Shown here in pieces: positions 9,318 to 18,842 of a stretch of 64,000 nt of DNA. The notes under the pieces were generated by a model that was not told the DNA's origin, did not search any database, and saw only the letters and a program-made list of their open reading frames with translations. The stretch comes from Dehalococcoidia bacterium (GTDB taxonomy: Bacteria; Chloroflexota; Dehalococcoidia; UBA2979). The translations under genes were made by a program, and so were the position numbers. Numbering within the stretch: position 1 is the stretch's first letter; each line of letters begins with the position of its first letter. Location of the stretch: positions 2,240,001 to 2,304,000 of the forward strand of contig OZ244720.1 of assembly GCA_965219085.1 (NCBI GenBank), written 5' to 3'.

Positions 9318-10250
9318 CTAGCGGGCGATCGCGTCGACCTCGGCCATCTCCTCGGGCGTGAGCCGCCAGTCGCCGGCGGCGACGTTCGCCTCGACCTGCT
9401 CGGGCTTCGTCGCGCCGGCGATCACGCTGCCGACGAACGGCTTCGAGGAGAGCCACGCGAACGCGAGGTCGAGCAGCGTGTGGTCGTGCTCCACCGCCCA
9501 CGCGTCGAGGCGCTCGACGATGTCCCAGTTGCGGTCGCTCGCGATGCGCCCGCCCCTGGCCCTGCCGGCGAGGCGCGTGCCCTCGGGCGCCGCTTCGTTG
9601 CGGCTGTACTTGCCGGTGAGCAGGCCGCTCGCGAGGGGGAAGAACGGCAGCATGCCGAGGCCGAACGCCTCGCAGGCCGGGCCGATCTCCGCCTCGACGC
9701 CGCGCTCGAGCAGGCTGTAGTCGTTCTGCGCGGAGATGAACGGCGTGAGGTGGTCGCGCTGCGCGATGTAGTGCCCGCTCGCGATCTCCCACCCGTCGTA
9801 GTTCGAGTTGCCGAGGTAGCGCACCTTGCCGTCGCGCACGAGGTCGTCGAGGGCGCGCATGGTCTCCTCGAGCGGCGTGTCGTGGTCCGGCTGGTGGATC
9901 TGGTAGAGGTCGATGTAGTCCGTGCGGAGCCGCCGCAGGCTGTCCTCGACGGCCGTCATGATGTAGCGCCGCGAGCCGCCCGACGTGAACGGCCCCTCGC
10001 CCATCGACATGCCGAACTTGGTGGCGATGATGATGCCGTGGCGGTCCGCGCCGAGCGCGCGTCCGAGGTACTCCTCGGAGAGTGCGCCGCCGTAGATGTC
10101 GGCGGTGTCGAAGAGTGTGATGCCGAGGTCGATGGACCGGCGGACGACGGCCGTGGTCGCCTCCTGGTCCATCCGCCCGCCGAAGTTGTTGGTACCGAGT
10201 CCGACGACCGAGACCTCAAGCCCCGAGTTGCCCAGGTGGCGCGTGTCCAA
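9318..10250 (-). CDS. Aldo/keto reductase
   Basis: LGNSGLEVSVVGLG, FDTADIYG, IATKFG, SLRRLRTDYIDLYQIH; probable TTG start at 10250 after GGAGGG. Confidence 0.92.
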   Translation of the reverse strand: MDTRHLGNSGLEVSVVGLGTNNFGGRMDQEATTAVVRRSIDLGITLFDTADIYGGALSEEYLGRALGADRHGIIIATKFGMSMGEGPFTSGGSRRYIMTAVEDSLRRLRTDYIDLYQIHQPDHDTPLEETMRALDDLVRDGKVRYLGNSNYDGWEIASGHYIAQRDHLTPFISAQNDYSLLERGVEAEIGPACEAFGLGMLPFFPLASGLLTGKYSRNEAAPEGTRLAGRARGGRIASDRNWDIVERLDAWAVEHDHTLLDLAFAWLSSKPFVGSVIAGATKPEQVEANVAAGDWRLTPEEMAEVDAIAR

Positions 10251-10360
10251 TGTGCCCTCCAGCCGCGCGCGGCGCAGCGTCGCTTGCCCGATCGCATGGC
10301 GAGTTGTGTGCCGCGCGGAGTATAGAGCAGGCGCTCCCAAACGAACCCGTTGCGGGCGGC

Positions 10361-11464
10361 TCAGGCGGGCAGCGTCACCGCCGCTCCCGTCTCCGAGGAG
10401 CGCTCGATCGCCGCGAGCAGGCGGTGGCGCGTGACGGCGAGGTCGAAGCCCGGCGTGTACGCTTCGCCCGCCCCGAGCGCGTCAGCCATCCGGGCGTAGC
10501 CGTGCGCGACGTTTCGCGGCGGGCCGGACGGCGTCCCCTCGGGAGCGAGCATGTAGGCATCGGGCGGCTGCAGCTCGTCCAGCGCCTCGCCGCCGCGCGC
10601 GCCGAGCAGCCGGTTCGGCCCGATGTTCGAGGAGGGCGCGGTGAGGAAGAGCGCGCCCTCGCGGCCGAAGATCTCGAGTCGCGTACCGGTCGCGTGCGCG
10701 GGCACGCTCGCCACCTGGATCGCCGCCTCGGCGCCGCTCGCGAAGCGGCCCGCGACGGCGATGCTGTCCGGTGCGTCGACGGGGACATCCAGCCCGGTCT
10801 CCTCGTCGCGCCACTCCGTGATGCGCGTGGTCACGCGCGCGGAGACCTCGGTCATCTCGCCGAGGATCGCGCAGAGCGCGTCGATCGCGTGCCCGCCCGC
10901 GATCGTGAGCGGGTTCGCTCCGTTCGCGCGCTCGGCCTGCCAGATCCGGCCCGCGCCACGCTCGAGCACCGCCTGCGTCATCACGCTCAGGTTCGCTGTC
11001 AGCACCTCGCCCACGTACCCCTGCGCGACGAGGTCGCGGGCGTAGCGGATGCTGGGGTCACTGCGTCCCTGGAGCCCGACGGCCGTGCGCAGCGACTGCT
11101 CGCGCGCGAGGTCCGCCATCTCCTCGGCCTCCGCGAGCGTGGCCCCCAGCGGCCACTCGCAGAACACGTCCTTGCCCGCGCGCAGCGCCGCCATCACGAG
11201 CTGGTGATGCAGCGGCACGCGCACCGACACGACGACGAGGTCGATGTCCGGGTGAGCCACTATCGCGTCGATGTCGTGGAACGCGAGGGGCGCACCGAAG
11301 CGCTCGGCGGAGGCCTTCGCCGTGTCCTCGTGCGCTGTGCAGATCGCCACGAGCTCGTAGTCGGGCAGCGCGTCGAGGGCGGGCACATGGGCGTTGGCGC
11401 CCCAGCCGCTGCCCCCGGTCGTCACGGTCGCGCCCACGATGCCAACGCGGATGGGGCCTGCCAT
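10361..11464 (-). CDS. Gfo/Idh/MocA family oxidoreductase
   Basis: IRVGIVGA, AGKDVFCEWPL, GGHAID. Confidence 0.9.
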   Translation of the reverse strand: MAGPIRVGIVGATVTTGGSGWGANAHVPALDALPDYELVAICTAHEDTAKASAERFGAPLAFHDIDAIVAHPDIDLVVVSVRVPLHHQLVMAALRAGKDVFCEWPLGATLAEAEEMADLAREQSLRTAVGLQGRSDPSIRYARDLVAQGYVGEVLTANLSVMTQAVLERGAGRIWQAERANGANPLTIAGGHAIDALCAILGEMTEVSARVTTRITEWRDEETGLDVPVDAPDSIAVAGRFASGAEAAIQVASVPAHATGTRLEIFGREGALFLTAPSSNIGPNRLLGARGGEALDELQPPDAYMLAPEGTPSGPPRNVAHGYARMADALGAGEAYTPGFDLAVTRHRLLAAIERSSETGAAVTLPA

Positions 11465-11613
11465 CGCTCACTCCGTTCCCTGTCCTGATCACATCGTGCA
11501 ACTCTCAGCCGATCATCGCATAGCCGTGACGCGCGCTTACAGGCCGCTGGAAGCGGCGTCGCCGGTTGGCTGCGCTTCTATACTCGACCCGTACTCACCC
11601 ACGGAGGCATCTC

Positions 11614-13365
11614 ATGACGACCACCACTCCCCACACCGAGACCAGCGGCACGAGCGTCCACGTCGGGCCGCTCGCCGACCTCGAAGGCGGTGCGCCACGC
11701 GTGGTGTCGGCCGGCGGACACACCATCGTCGTCTTCGTCGTGGACGGCGAGGTCTACGCGCTCGACAACCGCTGCCCGCACATGGGCTTCCCGCTCAGCC
11801 AGGGCACCATCCGCGACGGCATCCTCACCTGCCACTGGCACCACGCCCGCTTCGACCTCGCGGGCGGCTCGACGTTCGACCCCTTCGCCGACGACGTAAC
11901 CTCGTTCGACGTCGAGGTGCGCGACGGCGAGGTGTGGGTCGACCCCGAGCCGCACGAGTCGGACCGCGAGACGCACTGGCTGCGCAAGCTCGACGAGGGC
12001 CTGGAGCAGAACATCCGGCTCGTACTCGCCAAGTCCGTGATCGGCCTCGACGAGCTCGACGCCACCGGCCCGCTGCTCGAACGCGCGGCGCTGTTCGGCA
12101 CGCGCAACCGCGCGAACGGCTGGAGCACCGGCCTCTCGATCCTGACAGCGATGGCGAACACGCTCCCCGTGCTCGACGAGGAGGACCGCACGCGCGGCCT
12201 CTACCAGGGGCTCATGCACGTCGCGCGCTCGACCGCCGGCGAGCCGCCCGACTTCGACCTCGATCCGCTCGACACCTCGGAGCAGCGGCCGGAGATGTAC
12301 CGCGCGTGGTTCCGGCGCTTCATGGAGACACGCTCGCAGGACCCGGCGGAGCGCACGCTGCGCACGGCCGTGGCGATCGGCCTCGCCCCGCAACAGGTCG
12401 CCGATATGGTGTTCGCGGCGAGCACGGACCACGTCTTCATGGACGTGGGCCACACGCTCGACTTCGCGAACAAGGCGTTCGAGCTCGTCGACCACGTCGG
12501 ATGGGAGCACGCCGAGGCGATCCTGCCGAGCATCATCCCGCTCATCGCGAGCGCCGAGCGCATGGAGGAGGCCGCGAGCTGGCAGCACCCGGTCGACCTG
12601 CCGGGGCTGATCGCCGAGTCCGACGCAGCGCTCGACGCAGCGCTCGCCGAGGGCGGCGAGCGCAACGCGGGCTGGGACGGCCACATCCCGCTCGCCGAGT
12701 CGATCCTGGACGACGAGCCACGCGTGTCGCTGCACGGGGTCGTCGAGGCGGCGCGCGCGGGAGCGCCGCTGGTCGAGCTGTCGGCGGCGATCGCGTACGC
12801 CGCAGCGAGGCGCGCCGTGCACTTCAACGTGGCCAACGAGTTCGGCGACTGGGACACGGTGCACCACACGTTCACGTACGCCCACGCGCTGTTCCAGGCG
12901 ATGCTGCGCGCGCCCTCGAGGGAGCTCGCGCGGGGCGTCCTGCACGGCGCGGCGGCGGTCTACCTCGACCGCTTCCTCAACGTGCCGAAGCAGCCGATCC
13001 CCCATCTGGCGTCGAACGGCAACGGCGGGGGCGACCTCGGCCCGCTGCTGGCGGAGTTCGACCGTCAGCAGCGCGTCGATGAGACCGCGGGCCATGCGGC
13101 CGACCTGCTGGCGGCGGGCCGCAGCGACGAGCTCGTCGCGGGCCTCGGGACGGCGCTGCTGCGGGAGGACTCGGGGTTCCACGAGTTCCAGATCTTCGAG
13201 GCGGCGGTGCGGCTCGCGGAGCACTTCGGGGAGCGGCCCGAGGGCGGGCACGTGCTGATCGGCGCCGCGCGGTTCCTGACGGCGCATTCGCCGACGGTGC
13301 GCTCGGCCGAGCAGACCTACGACACGGCGTACCGCCTGCACCGCGGGGACGTGATCTACGAGTAG
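11614..13365 (+). CDS. Rieske [2Fe-2S] domain fused to a large helical domain of unknown function
   Basis: NRCPHMGFPL...LTCHWHHARF; GGAGG before ATG 11614. Confidence 0.85.
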   Translation: MTTTTPHTETSGTSVHVGPLADLEGGAPRVVSAGGHTIVVFVVDGEVYALDNRCPHMGFPLSQGTIRDGILTCHWHHARFDLAGGSTFDPFADDVTSFDVEVRDGEVWVDPEPHESDRETHWLRKLDEGLEQNIRLVLAKSVIGLDELDATGPLLERAALFGTRNRANGWSTGLSILTAMANTLPVLDEEDRTRGLYQGLMHVARSTAGEPPDFDLDPLDTSEQRPEMYRAWFRRFMETRSQDPAERTLRTAVAIGLAPQQVADMVFAASTDHVFMDVGHTLDFANKAFELVDHVGWEHAEAILPSIIPLIASAERMEEAASWQHPVDLPGLIAESDAALDAALAEGGERNAGWDGHIPLAESILDDEPRVSLHGVVEAARAGAPLVELSAAIAYAAARRAVHFNVANEFGDWDTVHHTFTYAHALFQAMLRAPSRELARGVLHGAAAVYLDRFLNVPKQPIPHLASNGNGGGDLGPLLAEFDRQQRVDETAGHAADLLAAGRSDELVAGLGTALLREDSGFHEFQIFEAAVRLAEHFGERPEGGHVLIGAARFLTAHSPTVRSAEQTYDTAYRLHRGDVIYE

Positions 13366-13449
13366 TTCGCGCGGTTGTCCGGGTGGTCTGCCCGGGATGC
13401 TACCCTCAGTACGCATTACCTTGTCGGAATTTCATACTGGACTCAGCCG

Positions 13450-13671
13450 ATGCGGATCTCCGAACGAGGCCAGATCACGATCCCGAAGGCGCTGCGCGAC
13501 CGGGTCGGGATGAACCACAACGTCGAGGTCGAGATAACCCCCACTGATGAGGGGCTGCTCATTCGCAAGCGGGTGGTTGCGGAGCACCCGGTCGATCGTG
13601 TCGCGGGGATCCTCGATGGCGTGTTCGACGCCGACATCGACGCGTACATCGAGGAGATTCGCGGCCGGTGA
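13450..13671 (+). CDS. AbrB/MazE/SpoVT-type antitoxin
   Basis: MRISERGQITIPKALRDRVG. Confidence 0.85.
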   Translation: MRISERGQITIPKALRDRVGMNHNVEVEITPTDEGLLIRKRVVAEHPVDRVAGILDGVFDADIDAYIEEIRGR

Positions 13672-13750
13672 TCACGGCAGTTGACACCAGCGTGCTGTTT
13701 GACTTGTTCCGGTCAGACTCGCCCTTTCATGCCGAGTCAACGGAGCGGAT
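13668..13750 (+). pseudogene. Truncated VapC/PIN toxin (N-terminus only)
   Basis: GTGA overlap with the antitoxin; MITAVDTSVLFDLF is a PIN start, after which the sequence stops resembling PIN. Confidence 0.65.
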
Positions 13751-13859
13751 CGCACCACAACCCCTGTTACCGAACATCGCGGCGCGCGCATCACGGGCCT
13801 GTTACCGAAATGACAGTGCCAGGAGACACCCTGCCGCGTGCGCGAGCAGCGACGGCGAA

Positions 13860-14170
13860 GAAGCACTGCTGGGTAACACGTTGCCGGAGTTCGCGCCCGA
13901 CCCCACGCCGCCCTGGCGCGTCGGCTTGCCGCCGTGCACCGAGGGCTCCTCGCACCACTGTAGTCGCAGCGCCGCCAGCGGCTCGAGGATCGACTCGGGA
14001 GGCCGAGTAGTCCGCACAGCACGGCGCGGTCGAGCGCATGGCGCGTCTCGTCACGGTAGTCCTCGTTGGCCGGCAGGAAGTCGCGCTCCGCGAACTCGGC
14101 GAACAGGCTCTCAGCCTGATCGAGCTGCCGCTCGTTGAGCGCCCGCACGTCAAGGGCGGTGAGGCGCGGA
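13860..14170 (-). pseudogene. Frameshifted C-terminal gene fragment, possibly from a restriction-modification-type protein
   Basis: LDVRAL...FAERDFLPANEDYRDETRHALDRAV..LLGLP continues in another frame as ESILEPLAALRLQWCEEPSVHGGK; family assignment from recollection only. Confidence 0.45.
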
Positions 14171-14368
14171 GCGCAGCAACGAGGAACGTGAGCATTACCG
14201 CCGTCAGTAGGTTCGCGGCCGAGCACGCAGTGCCGCTTGCGGCGCGCGCCGGCACAGGTAGGGCGAAGGCAGATTAGCCGGGAGTGGTAGCGCACAGGAT
14301 CACAATCCGATTGTGCCTGCATCAACGACGCGTTGACTCCGTCTCATCTGCGGCTCCTCGCCTCGCGC

Positions 14369-15734
14369 GGTCACGTCCCTGCAAGTGGTGTAGCAGTGCA
14401 CCATCCTGATCATTTGCTAGCTGGCAGCTTGCAGCAGCACCTCCTCGCCTGAGGCGACCTCGGCCACGGCCGCCGGCAGCGACTGCAGCATCGTCATGTA
14501 GCGCCTCCCCTCCGCCCACTCGTCGTGCTGCTCGGCGAGCACGGCGCCGACCAGCCGCACGACCGCGGCGCGGTTGGGGAAGATGCCGACGACGTTGGTG
14601 CGCCGCCGGATCTCCTTGTTGAGGCGTTCCAGCGGGTTGTTCGACCAGACCTGCCGCCAGTGCTGGGACGGGAAGGCCGTGAACGCCAGGATCTCGGGTC
14701 CGGCGTCGGCGAGCAGCGCCGCGGCCTCGGGGAAGCGCTCGGCGAGCTGCTCCACCACACGGGCGTGCTGGGCCTGCACCTCGGCCGCAGAGGACTGCTC
14801 GTAGATCGTCCGCACCGTCGTCGCCACCAGCTTCTCGGCGCTCTTCGGCACCCGGGTGAGCAGGTTGCGCATGAAGTGCGTCCTGCAGCGCTGCCAGGAG
14901 GCGCCGGCGAAGACGGTCGCGATCGCGTCTCTGAGCCCCTGGTGGGCGTCCGAGGTCACCAGCTCGACCCCGGACAGACCGCGCGCCACGAGCCCGCGCA
15001 GGAAGCTCAGCCAGAACGCCCCGTCCTCGGAGGTACCGACGTCGATGCCCAGCAGCTCGCGCTTGCCTGTCGCGTTGACGGCGGTGGCGACGACCACGCT
15101 CACCTGGACGACGCGGCCCTCCTCGCGCACGAGCTGGGTGAGCGCGTCGAGCCAGAGGTAGCGGTAGGGGCCCGAGTCGAGCGGCCGCTCGAGGAAGCTC
15201 TCCACGACCTCGTCGAGCTCGGCGCAGATGCGCGAGACCTGGCTCTTCGAGATGCCATCACAGCCGAGCGAGCGCACGAGGTCGTCGACGCGGCGCGTCG
15301 AGACGCCCTCGACGTAGGCCTGCGTGACCACGGAGAGGAGGGCGCGCTCCGAGCGCCGCCGCGGCTCGAGCAGCGAGGGGAAGTAGCTGCCCTCGCGCAG
15401 CTTCGGGATGCCCAGTTCGATCGTGCCCACGCGCGTGTCCCAGCGCCTGGGCCGGTAGCCGTTACGCCGGGTGAGGCGCGTCTCGCTGCGCTCGCCGTGG
15501 GCGGCGCCGATCTGCGCCGAGACCTCGGCGTCCATCACCGCCTGGGCGAGCACCGCGACCGCCTCGCGCAGGAAGTCAATGTCAGCTCCGTCCGCCTGCT
15601 TGCGAAGCAACTCCAACAAGTCCACGCTCTCCTTGACCACCGTAGTCCTCCTTCACGTGACTGTTTCCTGTGTGAAGGATGGCGCGGTGGTCTCCTACGT
15701 CCACCTCTGTGACACCACTTCCTGGGACGCTACC
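14369..15734 (-). mobile_element. IS256-family insertion sequence
   Basis: Imperfect IRs ggtcacgtccctgcaagtggtgt and acaccacttcctgggacgctacc; 8-bp direct repeat CCTCGCGC at 14361-14368 and 15735-15742. Confidence 0.92.
14417..15640 (-). CDS. IS256-family transposase
   Basis: RNGYRPR..TRVG...IPKLREGSYFPS, YLWLDA, VTSDAHQGL, WQRCRTHF, NPLERLNKEIRRR. Confidence 0.96.
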   Translation of the reverse strand: MVKESVDLLELLRKQADGADIDFLREAVAVLAQAVMDAEVSAQIGAAHGERSETRLTRRNGYRPRRWDTRVGTIELGIPKLREGSYFPSLLEPRRRSERALLSVVTQAYVEGVSTRRVDDLVRSLGCDGISKSQVSRICAELDEVVESFLERPLDSGPYRYLWLDALTQLVREEGRVVQVSVVVATAVNATGKRELLGIDVGTSEDGAFWLSFLRGLVARGLSGVELVTSDAHQGLRDAIATVFAGASWQRCRTHFMRNLLTRVPKSAEKLVATTVRTIYEQSSAAEVQAQHARVVEQLAERFPEAAALLADAGPEILAFTAFPSQHWRQVWSNNPLERLNKEIRRRTNVVGIFPNRAAVVRLVGAVLAEQHDEWAEGRRYMTMLQSLPAAVAEVASGEEVLLQAAS

Positions 15735-15980
15735 CCTCGCGCGCGTCGTGGTCGAGATGTGTCCTCGCCCCAAGCACTCTATCTTCGGCCAGTCAATGGC
15801 CACGGCTAGCCCCAGCCTCGCCTCACGGAATCCATCGACGGCCTGGCTGCGGTCCCGTCTTGGTCGGGAGGATATGACAATCGCAGTCTGCGGATAGCTC
15901 CTGTAGTCTGTGCCCACATTGCACTGCTAGCGGAGAGGCCGATGGGATGGTGGGACGGGGTTTTGCCTTGACTCCCTGCC

Positions 15981-16340
15981 TTATCCCATCCGGATGCGGT
16001 CGCGGATCCAGCGCGCGGCGGTGAGCGTGCGCCACTCCTCCTCGGCGATCTGGCCGGGCAGCAGCTCCGCCTCCACCTCGATCCCCGGATCGCTGGTGGT
16101 AACGCGGAAGACGAAGCGTTCGACGCGAACGCCGTCGGCGCCGAGGGCGGGCGTGGGCCCAAAGATCAGCTCGAGCGCCGTTGCGTGGGGGTCGAGGCCC
16201 TGATCGCGCATCGCGGCCATCGCCGGCGAGAAGTCGAAGCGCCGCGAGGGCCGCACGCCGCTGCGCTGCGTGCGTCGCTGCTCGGCCTCCAGCCGCATCA
16301 GCGTCATCACGGCGGTCGCCACCCTTCGCGTCGCCCCCAA
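15981..16340 (-). CDS. Hypothetical protein (start uncertain)
   Basis: ORF with protein-like composition, divergent from the GYD gene. Confidence 0.5.
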   Translation of the reverse strand: MGATRRVATAVMTLMRLEAEQRRTQRSGVRPSRRFDFSPAMAAMRDQGLDPHATALELIFGPTPALGADGVRVERFVFRVTTSDPGIEVEAELLPGQIAEEEWRTLTAARWIRDRIRMG

Positions 16341-16423
16341 TGTTACGCGCCTCGGGAGGCGTGGACGGGTACTCGCCGCGGCCGTGCGGCGGTACGCTCA
16401 CGGAGCAGGCGAGGAGGAGAGCG

Positions 16424-16714
16424 ATGCCGCGCTACGTCGTGCTCTACCGGTTCACCGACGAGGGTCGGAAGCGACTGAAGGAGACGGTGCACCGCGCCGA
16501 GGAGATCCGCGAGCTCAACGAGGCCGCGGGCTTCGAGGTGCTCGGCCACTACTGGACGCAGGGCCACTACGACCTTGTCACGGTCGTCAACGCGCCGAGC
16601 GAGGAGGCGATGATGAACGGCGCGTTCAACATCGCCGCCACCGGCAACGTGACCAGCGAGACGCTGCGCGCGTTCACGGACGACGAGATGCAGCGCATCA
16701 TCGGCCCCGCGTAG
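16424..16714 (+). CDS. GYD domain protein
   Basis: MPRYVVLYRFTDEG...YWTQGHYDLV...GNVTSETLRAF; GAGGAG RBS. Confidence 0.85.
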   Translation: MPRYVVLYRFTDEGRKRLKETVHRAEEIRELNEAAGFEVLGHYWTQGHYDLVTVVNAPSEEAMMNGAFNIAATGNVTSETLRAFTDDEMQRIIGPA

Positions 16715-16721
16715 GTCGTCC

Positions 16722-17801
16722 CTACCGCCGGGCGACCACCATCGCACGGCCGGGCCGGCGGCCGGCCGCGGCGCCGATCGCCGTCGTCAGCGCCTCGAAG
16801 TGCGGGGCCACGGCGTCCATGTCGCCGCGCGCGATGAGTTCGCGCGCGACGTGGCGGGCGATGTCGCCGGGGTGGGCCGTGGGGCGCACCTCGCGGAAGC
16901 CGGCTGCCTCCAGCGACGCGACGAGCCATTCCGTCGTCCACCGTCCCATCTCGACGACCGTGCATCGACGCGCCAGCGGCGCGAGGCGCTCCAGCAGCGG
17001 CACCCCAAGGTCTCGCGCAAGCGTGGGCGTGAGCAGGGTCTCGCCGTAGGCGCGGCGGCCCGTAGCTGAAGCCTCCAGCGCGCGCTGGTGCAGCGCGGCC
17101 GCATCGCCCTCGTCGGGGAGTTCGAGGGTCCAGCGCCGCTCCATGGCGGGGTGCTGGAGGCGGCGGACGTAGGTGTAGAGCCGCACGGGAGTCGCGTCGG
17201 ACCCGCCCTGGCGGGCGACGCCATCCCACAGCAGCACGCTCTCGATCTCGGGCGCGGGCAGCCGCCAGTCCTGGTACGAGGCACGCAGCACGCCGCCCTC
17301 GCGCAGCACGCGGCGCAGTTCGGCGAACACGGCCTCCGGCTCGGCCGCCTCCTCGAGCGCGGACGCCGCGGTGATGAGATCGAGCGAAGCGTCGGCGAAC
17401 GGCAGCGCCGCGGCGTCGCCGGTCACGAACGAGGCGTTCGCGAGGCCGAGCCGCGCTGCGTTCGCCGCGCACACGCGCGTCCGCCGAGCTGCAGGGTCGA
17501 CTCCGACGACCTCGACGTCCGGCAGCGCCGCGGCGACGGGCAGCGCCGGCCAGCCGTCGCCCGGCCCAACGTCGAGGACGCGACGCGTGCCCTGCGGAGC
17601 GTGCGCGACGTAGTCGGCGACGCGCGCGGCGTCGGCCCAGTGCTCCTCGCGTCGAGCGTCGTAGGGCACGTCGACGAACGGGAGCTGGCCGCCGCGCTGG
17701 CGTGGCATGAGCTCATAGAGCGCGCGGGCGGAGTCGAGGGGCTCGGGCGAGGCGTGGTCGAGCAGCCAGCGCTCGATGGCAGAGGGGTGCGCCAGGTCCA
17801 T
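16722..17801 (-). CDS. Class I SAM-dependent methyltransferase
   Basis: VLDVGPGDG, GDAAALPFADASLD, LRRVLREGG. Confidence 0.85.
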   Translation of the reverse strand: MDLAHPSAIERWLLDHASPEPLDSARALYELMPRQRGGQLPFVDVPYDARREEHWADAARVADYVAHAPQGTRRVLDVGPGDGWPALPVAAALPDVEVVGVDPAARRTRVCAANAARLGLANASFVTGDAAALPFADASLDLITAASALEEAAEPEAVFAELRRVLREGGVLRASYQDWRLPAPEIESVLLWDGVARQGGSDATPVRLYTYVRRLQHPAMERRWTLELPDEGDAAALHQRALEASATGRRAYGETLLTPTLARDLGVPLLERLAPLARRCTVVEMGRWTTEWLVASLEAAGFREVRPTAHPGDIARHVARELIARGDMDAVAPHFEALTTAIGAAAGRRPGRAMVVARR

Positions 17802-17833
17802 GTGAGGGGTCGCGCCTGGGAGCTGCGGGCGGG

Positions 17834-17947
17834 CTAGAACAGCACGCCGGTGCGGACGGACCGCTCAATGGCGTAGACGACGAGCAGGCCGACGGCGATG
17901 ACGATCCACTTCCAGTGGAAGCGGCCGGGGTCTTCGAGGAGGTTCAT
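17834..17947 (-). CDS. Small (37 aa) membrane protein
   Basis: MNLLEDPGRFHWKWIVIAVGLLVVYAIERSVRTGVLF, one hydrophobic helix. Confidence 0.5.
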   Translation of the reverse strand: MNLLEDPGRFHWKWIVIAVGLLVVYAIERSVRTGVLF

Positions 17948-17996
17948 CGGGGTAGCGTACGGAGTCCGCGCCGTGGCGTCATGCACTGCACGGCTG

Positions 17997-18416
17997 TCAG
18001 GCGGGCTCCCACGGGTTGACCACCTCGATGTCGAGGGCTTCGAAGTCCTGGACGTTGCGGGTGGCGACCGCAAGGTCGTTCGCCTTCGCAGTGCCGGCGA
18101 TGAGTGCGTCACCGAGGTCGATCACACGGCCGGACATGCGGGCATCGGCACGGAATCGGGCAGCCCACTCCGCACCTGCCCGGTCGAGTGAGAGGATTCG
18201 CTCACCGTACTGGGCAAGGATGCGCTCGTGAGCCTCAATGAGCCGATCGCGCCTCTGGCCGGGAGGGAGCAGCCGGAGTCCGAATTCAAGCTCATGTATG
18301 ACCACCGACGGTAGCCACGCGTCGTCGGATTGAGTGAGGAACGCTACAACCCGAGCGTCCGGGAGTTCACGTGTCGTCTCTGAGACAACGTTGGTGTCGA
18401 GGACGTAGCCGCTCAT
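17997..18416 (-). CDS. vapC: VapC-family PIN toxin
   Basis: YVLDTNVVSE...DALIAGTA...VATRNVQDF...VVNPW. Confidence 0.92.
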   Translation of the reverse strand: MSGYVLDTNVVSETTRELPDARVVAFLTQSDDAWLPSVVIHELEFGLRLLPPGQRRDRLIEAHERILAQYGERILSLDRAGAEWAARFRADARMSGRVIDLGDALIAGTAKANDLAVATRNVQDFEALDIEVVNPWEPA

Positions 18417-18700
18417 TCGTCATCATCGTCGACGAACGGGATGGGCCTATTGGAGTGGCGCTCCCGCGGGATTTCGAGGTTCGTGCCCCGAGGCATGTTC
18501 TCGACGAGCCACCGCCCCAATGGGATCTTTGGTTCCTCTTCGCGATCCAGCCACACTCGTTCCGGTACGACGACGAACGAGTTGCGGACGCCGATACGTT
18601 GCGGTCCCTCCTCCTCGGCGAGCCGCAGGATCTCGGACAGTCGCGCCTTGGCCTCGGCGACTGTCCAGGCGGGGCGCGGTTCCGTGCGTTCAGTCGTCAT
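18413..18700 (-). CDS. Phd/YefM-type antitoxin
   Basis: WTVAEAKARLSEILRLAEEEGPQRI; ATGA overlap with vapC. Confidence 0.85.
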   Translation of the reverse strand: MTTERTEPRPAWTVAEAKARLSEILRLAEEEGPQRIGVRNSFVVVPERVWLDREEEPKIPLGRWLVENMPRGTNLEIPRERHSNRPIPFVDDDDE

Positions 18701-18711
18701 CGTCTCTCCAC

Positions 18712-18741
18712 CTAGACTAGTGCGCACTAGTCTAGACTAGT
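18712..18741. promoter_or_regulatory. Palindromic operator upstream of the antitoxin gene
   Basis: Perfect 24-bp palindrome ctagactagtgcgcactagtctag (18712-18735) overlapping actagtctagactagt (18726-18741). Confidence 0.7.
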
Positions 18742-18842
18742 CCATGTTCGGAGACCAGCCGCCGACATGTGAAGGCGCGATGCCGATCCATCGGGTTCGC
18801 CACGGCCCTCCCGCCGACCGCGTAGAATCCGGCGGGCCACCA

